Notes: generated by a model not told the origin, from the sequence alone. A stretch of 64,000 nucleotides of DNA from an uncultured Planctomycetota bacterium (GCA_963737655.1 CAVTTN010000002.1:5120001-5184000), one strand, 5' to 3'; shown: positions 1-11,224, counted from the first letter of the stretch. Numbers and translations are program-made.

Positions 1-400
1 GACTACACATTTTGTCGAAAAATCGCGAAAAGGGCGGAAATCAGGCCGGATTCGCGTGCGCATCGACTCGTGCGCACGGAGATCGCCTCATGTCGGCATC
101 CTTGATCGCAAGAATCGCAAATCCCGTATCAAGCCTGGGATGCGTCGAGCCGCCGCGAGGCCCGCCCGGCCCGGAATGCGCCACAAATCGCGGACCTTGC
201 GCGGGGCCGAGGTTCATCCACGCGTTCTCAACCGATCGCGTCTTCTCATGATGGATCGGTCGATGAAAGGGCCGCGGCCGACGGATTGGGTGATCGCCGC
301 GGGCGGCGCTCGCGATGATCCGGGATGGGCGTTGGCCGCGCCTCCGGGATTTCCGGTGGGGGCAGGGGCGGGCCGCCGCTCTCGGGGGACGGGGATGCCT

Positions 401-1327
401 TTACAGTTTCTTCGCGAACTTCTGGAGCTCGCGGTCCATCGCGTCGGGCGGGCCGAAGGCGGCCGTCCAGTCGTCGAGCCGCTTGTCGGGGGTCGTCCGG
501 GTTCGGAGGACCTTGAGGTAATCGCGGAGCTTCGCGGTGCGGTCGGGGGCCTTCATCAGGTAGTAGACCGTCAGCCAGGAGGAGGCGTAGGCGTCCTGGT
601 TCCGGTCGTCGTCGAACGCGCCGTCCTCGACGATCAGGGTGGCGGTTGGGAGGAGTTTGGGTTTGGTCCGGCCCCCCGCCAGGATCACGTCTTTCCTCAG
701 CGTGTTGACGGCCCCGATCATCGTCCGGCCCTTCGGGCGGCGGACCTCGGCATACGTCGCGAGCCCTTCGCCCAGCCATTTGGGGACGTCCGCCTCGCGG
801 CTCATCAAGCCGGAGTTGAACGTGAGTTGATGCGCGGCCTCGTGGAACAGGACGAACGTGTTGGTGACCTCGGCCAGCGCGTTCTGGCCGTCCCCTCGGT
901 TGTCGAACAGGAGGAGCCGGTTCGATTCGAGGTCGTACATCCCGGCCACGTCGCCCTCGACCTCCTCGCCCAGGAACGCCGAGAACGCCTCCCTGGTCGA
1001 GAGCGCCACGATCGTCATCCGGCCCCTGGGTTTCTCCAGGGCGAACCCCTTGGCCGCAAAGTGTTTGAAGAAATCCTTCGAGAGGCCGAGGCAGAGGTCC
1101 AAAGCGGCCGTGAGGAAGCCGTCGGGCACGTCGCCCAGGGCCAGGTACGACTCGTTCCGGGCGAGCCGGAACGGCTTCAAGCCGGCCTTGGTGGCGACCT
1201 CGTGGATCGCCCGCATCTCGGCCATGTCGTCGTCGTCTTCGGACCCCCGGGCGATCGGGGCGAGCAGGCCGGCGGCCAGGCCGGCGCGGAGGAGGTCTCG
1301 ACGGCTCGGCAGGTGTCGATTCGGCAT
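401..1327 (-). CDS. DUF1570 / gluzincin-like zinc metallopeptidase with Tat signal
   Basis: Start chosen at MPNRHLPSRRDLLRAGLAAG (twin-arginine leader); HEAAHQ motif followed by P.WLGEGLATYAE and YA.SW..VYYL. Confidence 0.8.
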   Translation of the reverse strand: MPNRHLPSRRDLLRAGLAAGLLAPIARGSEDDDDMAEMRAIHEVATKAGLKPFRLARNESYLALGDVPDGFLTAALDLCLGLSKDFFKHFAAKGFALEKPRGRMTIVALSTREAFSAFLGEEVEGDVAGMYDLESNRLLLFDNRGDGQNALAEVTNTFVLFHEAAHQLTFNSGLMSREADVPKWLGEGLATYAEVRRPKGRTMIGAVNTLRKDVILAGGRTKPKLLPTATLIVEDGAFDDDRNQDAYASSWLTVYYLMKAPDRTAKLRDYLKVLRTRTTPDKRLDDWTAAFGPPDAMDRELQKFAKKL

Positions 1328-1347
1328 GGTCGATCCGCCTTTCTCGT

Positions 1348-1578
1348 TCACGAATCCGGCCCGGAGGGCGACCGAAGCCGCCGGATCACGGCGAACGGCC
1401 CGGTCCCGAGGAGGACCATCAGCACAAACCCGACGAGCGAGGTCCAGAGCACCAGGTTCAGGACGTCCAGGACGGCCATGACCCACCAATCGCCCTCGAA
1501 ACGCCGCGCCACGGCGAAGACCAGGGCCGCCAGGACGACCAGGCGCATCCATCGAGCGATCGTGAACCGTCGAGCCAT
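1348..1578 (-). CDS. small membrane protein with two TM helices
   Basis: MARRFTIARWMRLVVLAALVFAV... and a second hydrophobic segment; directly upstream of the DUF1570 gene. Confidence 0.55.
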   Translation of the reverse strand: MARRFTIARWMRLVVLAALVFAVARRFEGDWWVMAVLDVLNLVLWTSLVGFVLMVLLGTGPFAVIRRLRSPSGPDS

Positions 1579-1640
1579 CGGCCGATCCTCCCCAAGGTCA
1601 GGATACCCGATCCGCCCGGCCCATGCGCCCCGCAGGATCA

Positions 1641-1818
1641 GCGAAGCCCACCGTTGTGTAGGGCGGGTGAAACCCGCCAACCGGCGGCGGCCCTCGGCCG
1701 CCCTCCAAGATTCCGTGCCCGATCGAGAAGGAAGAGCCTATGGATTGACGGGTTGCACCCGCCTGGTTGGCGGGTTTCACCCGCCCTACACAACGGTGGG
1801 CTTCGCCCACCCTACGGG
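1641..1818. repeat. REPIN-like element: perfect 42-bp inverted repeat of GTAG-type REPs plus an overlapping third REP
   Basis: 1641-1682 (gcgaagcccaccgttgtGTAGGGCGGGTGAAACCCGCCaacc) is the exact reverse complement of 1765-1806; GGTGGGCTTCGCCCACCCTAC at about 1795-1815 is another REP. Confidence 0.85.
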
Positions 1819-1913
1819 GAAACCGGGCGGCCACGTTGACCCGCCCAACCCCCCCGGCTAGATTGACCGGGCGTTCGGCGAGGTCGCGTCTCTCCTTCCA
1901 GGAATCAGCCGAG

Positions 1914-2891
1914 ATGGGCGACCAGGCGAGAAGACCGCCGTATTTCCTCGGGATCGACCTCGGGGGGACGAACATCAAGGCCGGGGTGGTGGACGACGAC
2001 GGCCAGCCGGTTTCCTCCGTGAGCGTCCCGACGCGGGCCGACCTCGGGCCCGAGACCGGGATCGCCAACCTCGCCGAGGCCGCGAAACAGGCCGTCTCGG
2101 AGAGCGGGATCGACTGGCACGAGATCGAGGCCGTGGGCCTGGGCTCGCCCGGGACGATGGACATCCAGGCCGGCTTGCTCCTGAACCCCCCAAACCTCCC
2201 CGGCTGGGACGATTTCCCGATCCGCGACCGCCTCGCCCGCGCCCTGGGCCGTCCGGTGGCGTTCCAGAACGACGCCAACGCCGCCGCCTTCGGCGAATAC
2301 TGGGCCGGGGCCGGTCGGGGGACGCGGAGCCTCGTTCTGTTCACCCTGGGGACCGGGATCGGCTGCGGGATCGTGGTGGACGGCCGGATCATCGAGGGCC
2401 GCCACAGCCACGGGGGCGAGTGCGGCCACATCATCATCCAGATGGAAGGCGGACGCGAGCACCCTCCCGGCTACTTCGGCCGGCTGGAAGCCTATGCCTC
2501 GGCCACCGCCCTGGTCAAACGCGCCGAGGAAGCGCTCCAGAGGGGCGAAAACTCCTCGCTCTCGCCCGAGAAGCTCACGGCCCGGGCCATCGACCAGGCC
2601 GCCGAGGCCGGCGACCCGCTGGCCGTCCGGCTGATGGCCGAAACCGCGAAGTACCTTGCGGTTGGGGCGACGTGCTTGATGCACACGATCGACCCGGACC
2701 TCGTCCTCTTCAGCGGGGGGATGATCGCCGCCGGGGAGCCGTTCCTGGAGGCGATCCGCACGGAGGTCAAGAGGATCGCCTTCCCGGTCCCGGCCGCGAA
2801 GACCAGGATCGAATACGCCGGCCTCGGCGACGCCGCCGGATTCATCGGCGCCGCCGGATGGGCCAGGACCGTCGGCACCCTCCGGGGCTGA
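1914..2891 (+). CDS. ROK family sugar kinase (glucokinase-like)
   Basis: GIDLGGTNIK, NDANAAAFGE, LGTGIGCG and GECGH motifs. Confidence 0.9.
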   Translation: MGDQARRPPYFLGIDLGGTNIKAGVVDDDGQPVSSVSVPTRADLGPETGIANLAEAAKQAVSESGIDWHEIEAVGLGSPGTMDIQAGLLLNPPNLPGWDDFPIRDRLARALGRPVAFQNDANAAAFGEYWAGAGRGTRSLVLFTLGTGIGCGIVVDGRIIEGRHSHGGECGHIIIQMEGGREHPPGYFGRLEAYASATALVKRAEEALQRGENSSLSPEKLTARAIDQAAEAGDPLAVRLMAETAKYLAVGATCLMHTIDPDLVLFSGGMIAAGEPFLEAIRTEVKRIAFPVPAAKTRIEYAGLGDAAGFIGAAGWARTVGTLRG

Positions 2892-2938
2892 TCCGGGGCC
2901 GGAGATGGGCTTTTCGACGGGGTGAGGCGGTTGACTCT

Positions 2939-2995
2939 TCGTAGGGCAGGCCTTGGCCTGCCGTCGGTCTCGGCAGGCCAAGGCCTGCCCTACGA
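2939..2995. repeat. GTAG-type REP doublet (long hairpin) between convergent genes
   Basis: tcGTAGGGCAGGCCTTGGCCTGCCG-tcggtct-CGGCAGGCCAAGGCCTGCCCTACga. Confidence 0.85.
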
Positions 2996-3084
2996 GGGGC
3001 CCAAAGGACAGTTCGGAAGTCAACCGCCACACCCGATCGAAAATCGCACTCGTCCCATTTGGTCCGGGTTTCGGAAGGACGAGG

Positions 3085-3972
3085 TCAGCCCGGGAGCTCC
3101 TCGCGGAGGATCGCGCGGAGGTACTGACCATAATCGTTCTTGAGCGAGCCGGCGAGCCCTTCCAGGGCGGAGGCGTCGATGAAGCCCATCCGGTAGGCCA
3201 CTTCCTCGATGCAGGCGATTTTGAGGCCCTGCCGGGACTCGATCGTCTCGACGTAATTGGAGGCCTGCATCAGGCTTTCGGGCGTCCCGGTGTCGAGCCA
3301 GGCGAACCCTCGGGAGAACTTCTCGACGCGGAGCTCGCCCATTTCGAGGTATTTGCGGTTCACGTCGGTGATCTCCAGCTCCCCGCGAGGCGAGGGCTTG
3401 AGGTTCGCCGCGATGTCCACCACGCGGTTGTCGTAGAAGTACAAGCCCGTGACGGCCCAGTGGGAACGGGGCTTCGCGGGTTTCTCCTCGATCGAGAGGG
3501 CCTTGCCCGAGGCGTCGAACTCGACCACGCCGTATCGCTCGGGGTCCTTCACCGGGTAGGCGAACACCGTGGCGCCGGGCCCGGCCGAGGCGGCCCGGCC
3601 GAGCATGTGGTGGAACCCCTGGCCGTAGAAGATGTTATCGCCGAGGATCAACGCGGCCGGGTCGCTTCCGACGAACTCGGCGCCGATGATGAACGCCTGC
3701 GCCAGCCCCTCGGGCTTCGGCTGGACGGCGTACTGGATGTTCATCCCCACGTGCGAGCCGTCGCCCAGGACGCGCTCGAACCCGCCGATGTCGTGGGGCG
3801 TGGAGATCAGCAAGACCTCACGGATGCCGGCGAGCATCAGGGAGGAGAGCGGGTAATAGATCATCGGCTTGTCGTAGATCGGCAGCAATTGCTTGCTGAT
3901 CGCCCGGGTGATGGGGTAGAGCCTCGTCCCCGAGCCCCCGGCCAGGATGATGCCCTTGGTGCATGTCGCCAT
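3085..3972 (-). CDS. rfbA: glucose-1-phosphate thymidylyltransferase
   Basis: [46 protein letters not shown]. Confidence 0.97.
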   Translation of the reverse strand: MATCTKGIILAGGSGTRLYPITRAISKQLLPIYDKPMIYYPLSSLMLAGIREVLLISTPHDIGGFERVLGDGSHVGMNIQYAVQPKPEGLAQAFIIGAEFVGSDPAALILGDNIFYGQGFHHMLGRAASAGPGATVFAYPVKDPERYGVVEFDASGKALSIEEKPAKPRSHWAVTGLYFYDNRVVDIAANLKPSPRGELEITDVNRKYLEMGELRVEKFSRGFAWLDTGTPESLMQASNYVETIESRQGLKIACIEEVAYRMGFIDASALEGLAGSLKNDYGQYLRAILREELPG

Positions 3973-3975
3973 CGC

Positions 3976-5051
3976 TCACGTCCTCCCTGATGAGGCGCCC
4001 AGCCCCAGCCGTTCCCGACGATACGGGCCGAGGTCACGGCCTCGACCCATCCCGGGTTGTCCAGATACCAGCGGACCGTCTCTCGAAGCCCTTCGGCAAA
4101 CTTGACTTGCGGAGACCAGCCCAACTCCCGTTCGATCTTCGAGACGTCCATCGCGTACCGGCGGTCATGGCCGGGCCGGTCGGTCACGAATCGGATCAGG
4201 TTCGAGCAGGGGCGATGAGGGAGGTCCGCGCAAAAGTCGTCCACGGCCTCGCAGATTGCCCGGACGACCTCAAGGTTCGTCCTTTCCGCTTTCCCGCCGA
4301 TGTTGAACGATTCCCCGGGCCGTCCTCGCTTGAGGACGGCGAGGATCGCGTCGATGTGGTCCTCGACGTGGAGCCAGTCGCGGACCTGCGTGCCGTCCCC
4401 GTAAACCGGCAGGTCGCGACCCTCCAGGGCGTTGAGCGTGACCAGGGGGATGAGCTTCTCGGGGAACTGGAACGGGCCGTAGTTGTTCGAGCAGTTCGTC
4501 AGGAGGGTTGGCAGCCCATACGTGTGATGATACGCCTTGACGAACAGGTCGGCCGCCGCCTTGGAGGCCGAGTAGGGGGAGCGCGGGTCCAGCGGGGTCG
4601 TCTCGGAGAACGCCCCCTCGGGCCCGAGCGAGCCGAAGACCTCGTCGGTCGAGACCTGGAGGAACCGAAAACGTTCCCGGGCCGGGGGTTCGAGCGCATT
4701 CCAGTATTGGCGAGACGCTTCGAGCAAGGTGAAGGCGCCGACGACGTTGGTTCGGAGGAACGCCTCGGGGCCGTCGATCGAACGATCGACGTGGGTCTCG
4801 GCGGCGAAGTTCAGGACCGCCTCGGGCCGGTGCTCGGCCAGGAGACTGGAGACGAGGGCCTGGTCGGCGATGTCGCCCCGGACGAAGACATGGTGGGGGT
4901 CGTCGCGGACGGAATCCAGAGAGGCGAGGCAACCGGCGTAGGTCAGGCGATCGAGGTTGACGACGCGGAATGTGCGGTCGGCGATCGCTCGGCGGACGAA
5001 CGCCCCGCCGATGAATCCGGCCCCTCCGGTCACCAGGATCGTCGGGCGCAT
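3976..5051 (-). CDS. rfbB: dTDP-glucose 4,6-dehydratase (frameshift near 4028; corrected end ...YRRERLGLGASSGRT*)
   Basis: ILVTGGAGFIG, AAETHVDRSI, STDEVFG, YSASKA, DRPGHDRRY; the alternative frame stops 3 nt before the rfbA start. Confidence 0.95.
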
Positions 5052-5378
5052 CCGGGGTCTCGCCTTCGGTCCGTCGTCGTCGGGGAACGGCCGCCTCGGC
5101 CATCCCGGCGCAAGGTCAGGCGGCGGAGGGCGGTCGGGCGTCATTATGCCCGTGAACCCGGGGGGCCGCAAGCCGAGGGATCGGGGCCGATCCGGCCGGG
5201 GACGGCCCCCGGGGCCGGTTCCCGGGGCGTCTCTGAAATTTTTTCAGGAAGACGGCCGGGGCGGGTGTCCCGTTGCGTTTGAAACGCGCCCGCGAGGCGC
5301 GCCGGAGGGGGTTGCGGCACCCGCGGAGCCGTCCTTTCCGTCGCCGATCCGGCTGCCCTCTGGAACTCGGGAACTCTC

Positions 5379-7448
5379 ATGGCGGAAGAAACCATCGATC
5401 CGGGCCTTCTCGAACAGACGAAGAACCAGATCCGCAAGCTGGTGGCCGAGATCGCCGAGCTCGCCGAGTCGGACATCCAGCCGGCGGAGTTCCACGTCGA
5501 GTTCCTCAACCGCGTGGTCGCCGCCGTGGCGGCGTCCGGCGGGGCCCTCTGGCTGCTCGACGGCCGGGGGACGCTCAAGCTCCAGCACCAGCTGGAGTTC
5601 CGCCAAACCGGCCTGCTCGACAACCGCCAGCGGGCCCAGCCCCACGACGCCCTGCTCGGCGTGATGCTCCAGGCCAGCCAGCCCCAGATCATCCCGCCCG
5701 GGGCGGCCGTCGAGGGGATGCCCAACGCCGGCAACCCCACGGCGTTCAGCCTGATCCTGTCCCCCCTGATGGTGGACAAGCAGGTCGTCGGCCTGGTCGA
5801 GATCCTGATGGACCCGACCCGCCGGGCCGCCACCCAGAAATCGACCTTGCGGTTCGTCAGCGACCTCTGCGACCTGGCCGCGCAGTACCTCAAGAACCGC
5901 CAGATGCGGCAGATGATGTCGCAGCAGAAGCTGTGGAACCAGCTCGAAGGCTTCACCCACTCGATCCACCACTCGCTGGACCTCCGCGAGACCGCCTACG
6001 CCGTGGCCAACGACGGCAAGAAGCTCGTCGGCTGCGACCGGCTCTCCGTGGCGCTGAAGATCGGCGGCCGGATGATCGTCGAGGCCGTCTCGGGCCAGGA
6101 GATCGTCGAGCAGAAGGCCAACCTGATCCGCGAGCTGACCCGGCTGTGCAAGGTCGTGGCCCAGTCGGGCGAGGACCTCGTCTACACCGGGACGACCGAG
6201 GGCTTCCCCCCCGAAATCCGGGACGCCCTGGAGGTTTACGTCGATGAGTCCGGCTCCAAGGCGGTGATCGTCACGATCCTGCACAAGCCCGAGACCGACC
6301 CGAACAAGGATAAAGACGTGTTCGGGTGCATCGTGGCCGAGCAGATCGGCGACGAGATGGCCCCGACCGACGCCCAGGCCCGCACCGAGGTCATCGCCAA
6401 GCACGCCTCGACGGCCCTCTGGAACGCCCGGGAGACCGACCGGGTCTTCGGGCTCAGCATCCTGAAGGCGATCGGCTCGCCGTGGAGGTTCTTCCGCGGT
6501 CGGACCCTGGCGAAGATCGCCGCGGTGCTCGGCCTGATCCTCCTGGTCATCGGGATCATGGCGTTCGTCCCCTGGCCGCTGACGATCGAGGGCAAGGGGT
6601 CGCTCTTGCCCGAGGACCGGCGGATCACGTATGCCCCCCTCCAGGGCAAGGTCATCGCCGTCCCGTTCGACCACGGGGACTTCGTGAAGCAGGGCGACGT
6701 CATCGCCCGGCTGGAGAACAAGCAGCTCGAGACCGAGCTGTACAAGCTCAAGGGCGACCTGATGGACGCCCGGAGCAAGCTGTCGAACGTCAACACCATG
6801 CTCCGAAAGAACACCAAGCCCGACGAGAGGCCCCAACTTGAAGGCGAGAGGGCCCAGGCCGAGGTGAAGATCCAGAGCACCCAGGCGCAGATCGAGACGA
6901 TCGAAGAGCAGCAGAGGATGCTGGAGATCAAGGCGCCGGTCTCGGGGATCATCACGACCTGGGAGACGAAGAAGAACCTCCTGAATCGGCCGGTGGAGGT
7001 CGGGCAGGAGCTGCTGTCGGTCGCCGCCCTGGATGGCGAATGGGTCCTGGAAGTGGACGTCCCCGACGACGACATGGCGCCGATCCTCGCGGCCCGGGCG
7101 AAGCTGGAAGGCGAGATCAAGAGCAAGGAAGCCCCGCCCGACGCCAAGCTGCCGGCCTACTTCGTCACGATGACCAACCCCGAGCACCGCTACGAGGGGT
7201 ACGTCCGGCGGGTCGCCTCGAAGGCCGAGACCGTCGAGGGCAAGCACGTCGTCAAGGTGACCGTCGGGTTCAACGAGGACGTGAAGCAGGACTACCTGAA
7301 GCGGAACAACATCAAGACGCTCAGGCCCGGGGCCGAGGTCCGGGCGCGGGTCAAGTGCGGCGAGGCGAAGCTCGCCTACGTGATGCTCCGCGACGTGATC
7401 CAGGTCTGGTACGAGACGGTCCTGTTCCGCTGGCCGTTCCTGAGGTGA
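5379..7448 (+). CDS. GAF-domain + HlyD/membrane-fusion protein
   Basis: N-terminal GAF-like regions (CDRLSVAL), one TM (KIAAVLGLILLVIGIMAFVPWP), lipoyl-like half motifs (APLQGKV...GDFVKQGD; IKAPVSG...VEVGQ) around a coiled coil. Confidence 0.8.
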   Translation: MAEETIDPGLLEQTKNQIRKLVAEIAELAESDIQPAEFHVEFLNRVVAAVAASGGALWLLDGRGTLKLQHQLEFRQTGLLDNRQRAQPHDALLGVMLQASQPQIIPPGAAVEGMPNAGNPTAFSLILSPLMVDKQVVGLVEILMDPTRRAATQKSTLRFVSDLCDLAAQYLKNRQMRQMMSQQKLWNQLEGFTHSIHHSLDLRETAYAVANDGKKLVGCDRLSVALKIGGRMIVEAVSGQEIVEQKANLIRELTRLCKVVAQSGEDLVYTGTTEGFPPEIRDALEVYVDESGSKAVIVTILHKPETDPNKDKDVFGCIVAEQIGDEMAPTDAQARTEVIAKHASTALWNARETDRVFGLSILKAIGSPWRFFRGRTLAKIAAVLGLILLVIGIMAFVPWPLTIEGKGSLLPEDRRITYAPLQGKVIAVPFDHGDFVKQGDVIARLENKQLETELYKLKGDLMDARSKLSNVNTMLRKNTKPDERPQLEGERAQAEVKIQSTQAQIETIEEQQRMLEIKAPVSGIITTWETKKNLLNRPVEVGQELLSVAALDGEWVLEVDVPDDDMAPILAARAKLEGEIKSKEAPPDAKLPAYFVTMTNPEHRYEGYVRRVASKAETVEGKHVVKVTVGFNEDVKQDYLKRNNIKTLRPGAEVRARVKCGEAKLAYVMLRDVIQVWYETVLFRWPFLR

Positions 7449-7520
7449 GGTCAGGTCAGGTCAGGTCGGGCCGGCTCGGCTCGGTGAAAGTTCGGTGGGC
7501 GGGCCTGGCCCGCCGCGGTC

Positions 7521-7543
7521 TGGTGCATTCCATGCACCCTACA
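7521..7543 (-). repeat. single REP of the GTAGGGTGCAT-N3-ATGCACC family
   Basis: tggtgcattccatgcaccctaca, one mismatch to the copies at 10839-10937. Confidence 0.7.
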
Positions 7544-7570
7544 GGTGACCCGCTCCCCGGAGAGACTCAT

Positions 7571-8539
7571 ATGCGACTTTCCAAGAAGCTGATGGCCGTG
7601 GCCGCCGGCGCCCTGGCGATGATCTCGGCGGCGTCCTGGGCGCAGGACTCGCCGACGAAGAGCGAGGAGACGATCGCCGTCTCCGGCAGCCTGGAATGGC
7701 TGGAGAAGTCCGACGTGTCGGCCCTGAAGGAGGGCGTGATCCGCCAGATCGAATTCCAGGTCGGCAAGCGAGTGGCCAAGGACAAGGAGATCGGCTCGCT
7801 CCGGGACGAGATGGCCAAGCTCACCCTGGCCAAGGCCGCGCTCGTGGCCAAGAACACCGGGGAGATCTCCAAGGCCAATGCCCAGAGGATGCTGGCGATG
7901 TCCGAGCTCGCCCGGCTCCAGAGGCTGGAGCTGAAGGGGCCGGGGTTCGTCTCGCAGTCGGAGAAGGAGAAGGCCCAGGCCGAGCTCGCCGTGGCCGACG
8001 CCCTCCGCCAGGTCGCCATGGAGACCCAGAAGGTCAACGAGGCCGACCGCGACCTCGCCCAGCAGGCCGTGGACGACCACGTCATCCGCGCCCCGTTCGA
8101 GGGCGTGATCACCGACCGGATGAAGTTCCCCGGCGAGTCCGTCCGGGCCAACGAGCCGGTCGTCCGGATCGGCCGGACCGACCGCCTCCGCTTCCTCGGG
8201 ATGCTGCCGATCGAGGTCGCCAACCGCCTGAAGGGCAACGAGGTCATCGACCTCCGCCCGACGATCGAGGGGGCCGACCTGCCGATCGAGGGCAAGGTCT
8301 TCCGGGGCCGGATCACCGCCCTGTCTCGCGAGATCACCAGCGTCCGCTCCACCGACGTGCAGATCCTCGCCGAGATCGAGAACTGGCCGATCGACGTGCC
8401 CAAGCCCTCGGCCGCCGAGAAGGAAGCCGGAGCGGCGCTGGACCCGCAGCTCGAGCTGCTCGTCGGGATGAAGGCCGACGCCACGATCTACCTCGGAGGC
8501 GCCGCCCCGAAGGTCGCCGCGAACAAGAAGACGCGCTGA
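7571..8539 (+). CDS. HlyD/RND periplasmic adaptor subunit with signal peptide
   Basis: Signal MRLSKKLMAVAAGALAMISAASWA; coiled-coil hairpin; IRAPFEGVI...PGESV. Confidence 0.85.
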   Translation: MRLSKKLMAVAAGALAMISAASWAQDSPTKSEETIAVSGSLEWLEKSDVSALKEGVIRQIEFQVGKRVAKDKEIGSLRDEMAKLTLAKAALVAKNTGEISKANAQRMLAMSELARLQRLELKGPGFVSQSEKEKAQAELAVADALRQVAMETQKVNEADRDLAQQAVDDHVIRAPFEGVITDRMKFPGESVRANEPVVRIGRTDRLRFLGMLPIEVANRLKGNEVIDLRPTIEGADLPIEGKVFRGRITALSREITSVRSTDVQILAEIENWPIDVPKPSAAEKEAGAALDPQLELLVGMKADATIYLGGAAPKVAANKKTR

Positions 8540-8630
8540 TCCGAACTTCCAGAGCTCAACCGGGGGACGGCAGCCGCCCGCCTCCCCCGGCCTCGCCCGA
8601 TCTCTCCCCTTCTCGAAGGGCCGACGACCG

Positions 8631-10833
8631 ATGAGTGCCGCCCCCACGCTGGCTCCCGCCCTGCCCGCCGGCCAGTCCGCCGAGCAGCTCCAGGTCAAGC
8701 TCCGGCCCGACCTGATCGTCCAGCCCCAGTTCTACGAGGGGATGACCCACTACGTCGTCAAGGACCCGATCGCGCTGAAGTATTTCCGATTCAAGATCGA
8801 GGAATATTTCCTCCTCCAGCAGTTCGACGGCAAGAATACGCTCCAGGACGTCAAGCGCGCCTTCGAGCGCAAGTACCGGCCGCAGACGATCACCGTCGAC
8901 GACCTGATCCGCTTCGCCTCGCAGCTCCACGAGGCCGGGATCGCCCAGATCGACACCCCCGAGCAGGCCAAGGTCCTCATCGAGCGCCGGCGGAAGAACA
9001 AGTGGAAGCGGGTCTGGCAGTTCTTCGCCAACATCCTCTACATCAAGATCCCGATCATCGACCCCGAGAAGCTGCTGACCGGGATGTACCCCTACTTCCG
9101 GTGGCTCTTCACGCCCTATTTCGTCACGGCGAGCTGCGGGCTGATGCTCGCGGCGCTCACGCTCGTGGTCAGCCGGTTCGACGAGTTCTATTCCAAGCTC
9201 CCGGAGTTCCAGAGCTTCTTCAACTGGTACACGATTGTTTATTTTTGGTGCAGTTTGGCGGTCGTCAAGGTCATCCACGAGTTCGGCCACGGCCTCACGG
9301 CGAAGCATTTCGGCGGCGAGGTCCACGAGATGGGGATGCTGTTCCTCGTCCTCACGCCGGCGCTGTATTGCGACGTCACTGATAGCTGGCTCCTGCCGAA
9401 CAAGTGGAAACGGATCTGGATCTCGGCGGCGGGCATCTACGTCGAATGCTTCCTGGCGTCGCTCGCCACGTTCGTCTGGTTCAACACCCAGCCGGGCCTG
9501 CTGAATAGCCTGATGCTGGCGACGATGTTCATCTGCTCGGTCAACACGATCCTCTTCAACGCCAACCCGCTGCTCCGATACGACGGCTACTACGTGATGG
9601 CGGACTGGCTGGAGATCCCCAACCTGCGGATCAAGTCCACCCAGTTCTTCGTCTACCTGTTCCAGGAGAAGGTGCTGGGGCTGGAAGTGCCGGTGCAGAA
9701 CTACATGCCCCGGTCCCGGCGGTTCCTGTTCGTCACCTACGCGATCGCCAGCTATCTGTATCGCTGGGTGGTCACGTTCAGCATCCTGTTCTTCCTCAAC
9801 TCGTTCCTGAAGCCGTACAAGCTGACGTCGATCAGCCGGATGCTGGCGCTGGGGTCGCTCATCCCCCTGATCGCCATGCCGCTCTACCAGATGGGGAAGT
9901 TCGTGAACCAGCCCGGGAGGATGCGTAAAGTGAAGAAGGCCCGCACTGCCGGGTTCTTCGCGGTGGCCGCCGCGATCATCGCCGGTGTCATGCTGATCCC
10001 CACTCCCTTGCGAGTCCAGGGGACCCTGGTCCTGACGGTGGCCCAGCCCGCGATGGTCTATCCCGAGGTCGAGGGCCAGTTGGTGAGGATCCACGTCCGG
10101 GACGGCGACCCGGTGGCCGAGGGGCAGCTCCTGGCCGAGATGATCAACCCGCCGAAGCAACGCGAGCGGCTCCAGCTGACCGAGCAGCAGTCGGTGAACT
10201 TCGCCAAGTATGAGATGTACAACCGCTCGCTCGTGGTGACCGACCACGACCTGGCCAACCAGTTCCGCGCCGACGCCGAGGCGATGGAGCCGGCCATCGA
10301 GAAAGTCAACGAGCAGATCGCCAAGCTCAAGCTCTACGCCCCCAAGGCGGGCATCGCGCTGGGCGTCCCCCATCCCGAGACCACCGGCACCTGGCTGAAG
10401 CCCGGCGGCAAGCCGTTCTGCGAGATCGGCGACACGAGGAAGCTGGAAGCCCACCTGATCCTCGACCAGAGCGACGTGGACCTCGTCCGGCTCGACCGGG
10501 ACGAGGGCTCCTCGCGCCTGGGTGAAGATCTATGGCGACTCCGAGCACACGCGGAAGACCTACGTCCAGGCCATCGCCCGGAAGAACCGCGAGGAGATCC
10601 CCCCCGAGCTCTCCAACCAGGCCGGAGGCGAGATCGCCACCAAGCCCGACCAGAAGAACCAGGGCGTGGTCAAGCCGCTGAACTCGGTGTACGAGGTGAT
10701 CATCCCCGTCTCCAATGACGACCTCAAGCTCCAGCCCGGAATCCGAGGCTTCGCCAAGATCGACGGCGGCCACTGCACCCTGGGATGGTGGATGTGGAGG
10801 CTCGTGAGCAAGACGTTCCACTTCACGATCTAA
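8631..10833 (+). CDS. PqqD/RRE-like + site-2 protease (M50) + HlyD fusion (frameshift near 10510)
   Basis: HEFGH and NANPLLRYDGYY M50 motifs in a multi-TM region; lipoyl/coiled-coil adaptor; C-terminus continues in ORF 10522-10833 (LQPGIRGFAKI). Confidence 0.85.
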
Positions 10834-10836
10834 AAC

Positions 10837-10939
10837 CCGTAGGGTGCATGAAATGCACCATCGTCCCCGTAGGGTGCATGAAATGCACCATCTTCGGTCG
10901 TCGCGAGATCGAAGATGGTGCATTTCATGCACCCTACGG
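10837..10939. repeat. REP cluster: two direct copies and one inverted copy of GTAGGGTGCATGAAATGCACCATC
   Basis: Copies start at 10839 and 10869 (30-bp period); inverted copy ends at 10937. Confidence 0.9.
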
Positions 10940-10984
10940 GTGAGGAAATAAGTCCGCCTGCACGGACGCATTGGCGGACACATG

Positions 10985-11024
10985 GGGCGGGCCCGAGCTT
11001 CTCGGGCCCGCCCTTTTTCTTTTC
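10985..11024 (+). terminator. intrinsic terminator of the secretion operon
   Basis: GGGCGGGCCCGAG-ctt-CTCGGGCCCGCCC followed by TTTTTCTTTT. Confidence 0.85.
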
Positions 11025-11224
11025 GTTCCTACGAGGCCGGGGCGTGTCATTGTTACAACACGACGGGTTCGCTTCCCGGCTTCGGACGTGTCCTCGAGGA
11101 TCGAAGTCGTGCAGGCGATGGGGTTTGGTGCGGGCCGGATTGACCCCGGCGCGGGTCGGGCATGGGGATTGCTTCGCCATTTCGGACCCGAGAGGCTTCG
11201 CGGCGGTTGGGAAAGGATTCCCCG

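Noticed and set aside
7445..7485. (GGTCA)n / (GGCTC)n pentamer run after the GAF-HlyD gene
   Set aside because: Short, degenerate and intergenic; no evidence for phase variation.
10837..10939. Possible CRISPR mini-array
   Set aside because: Only two direct copies with a few bases between them plus an inverted copy; no cas genes; fits REP architecture.
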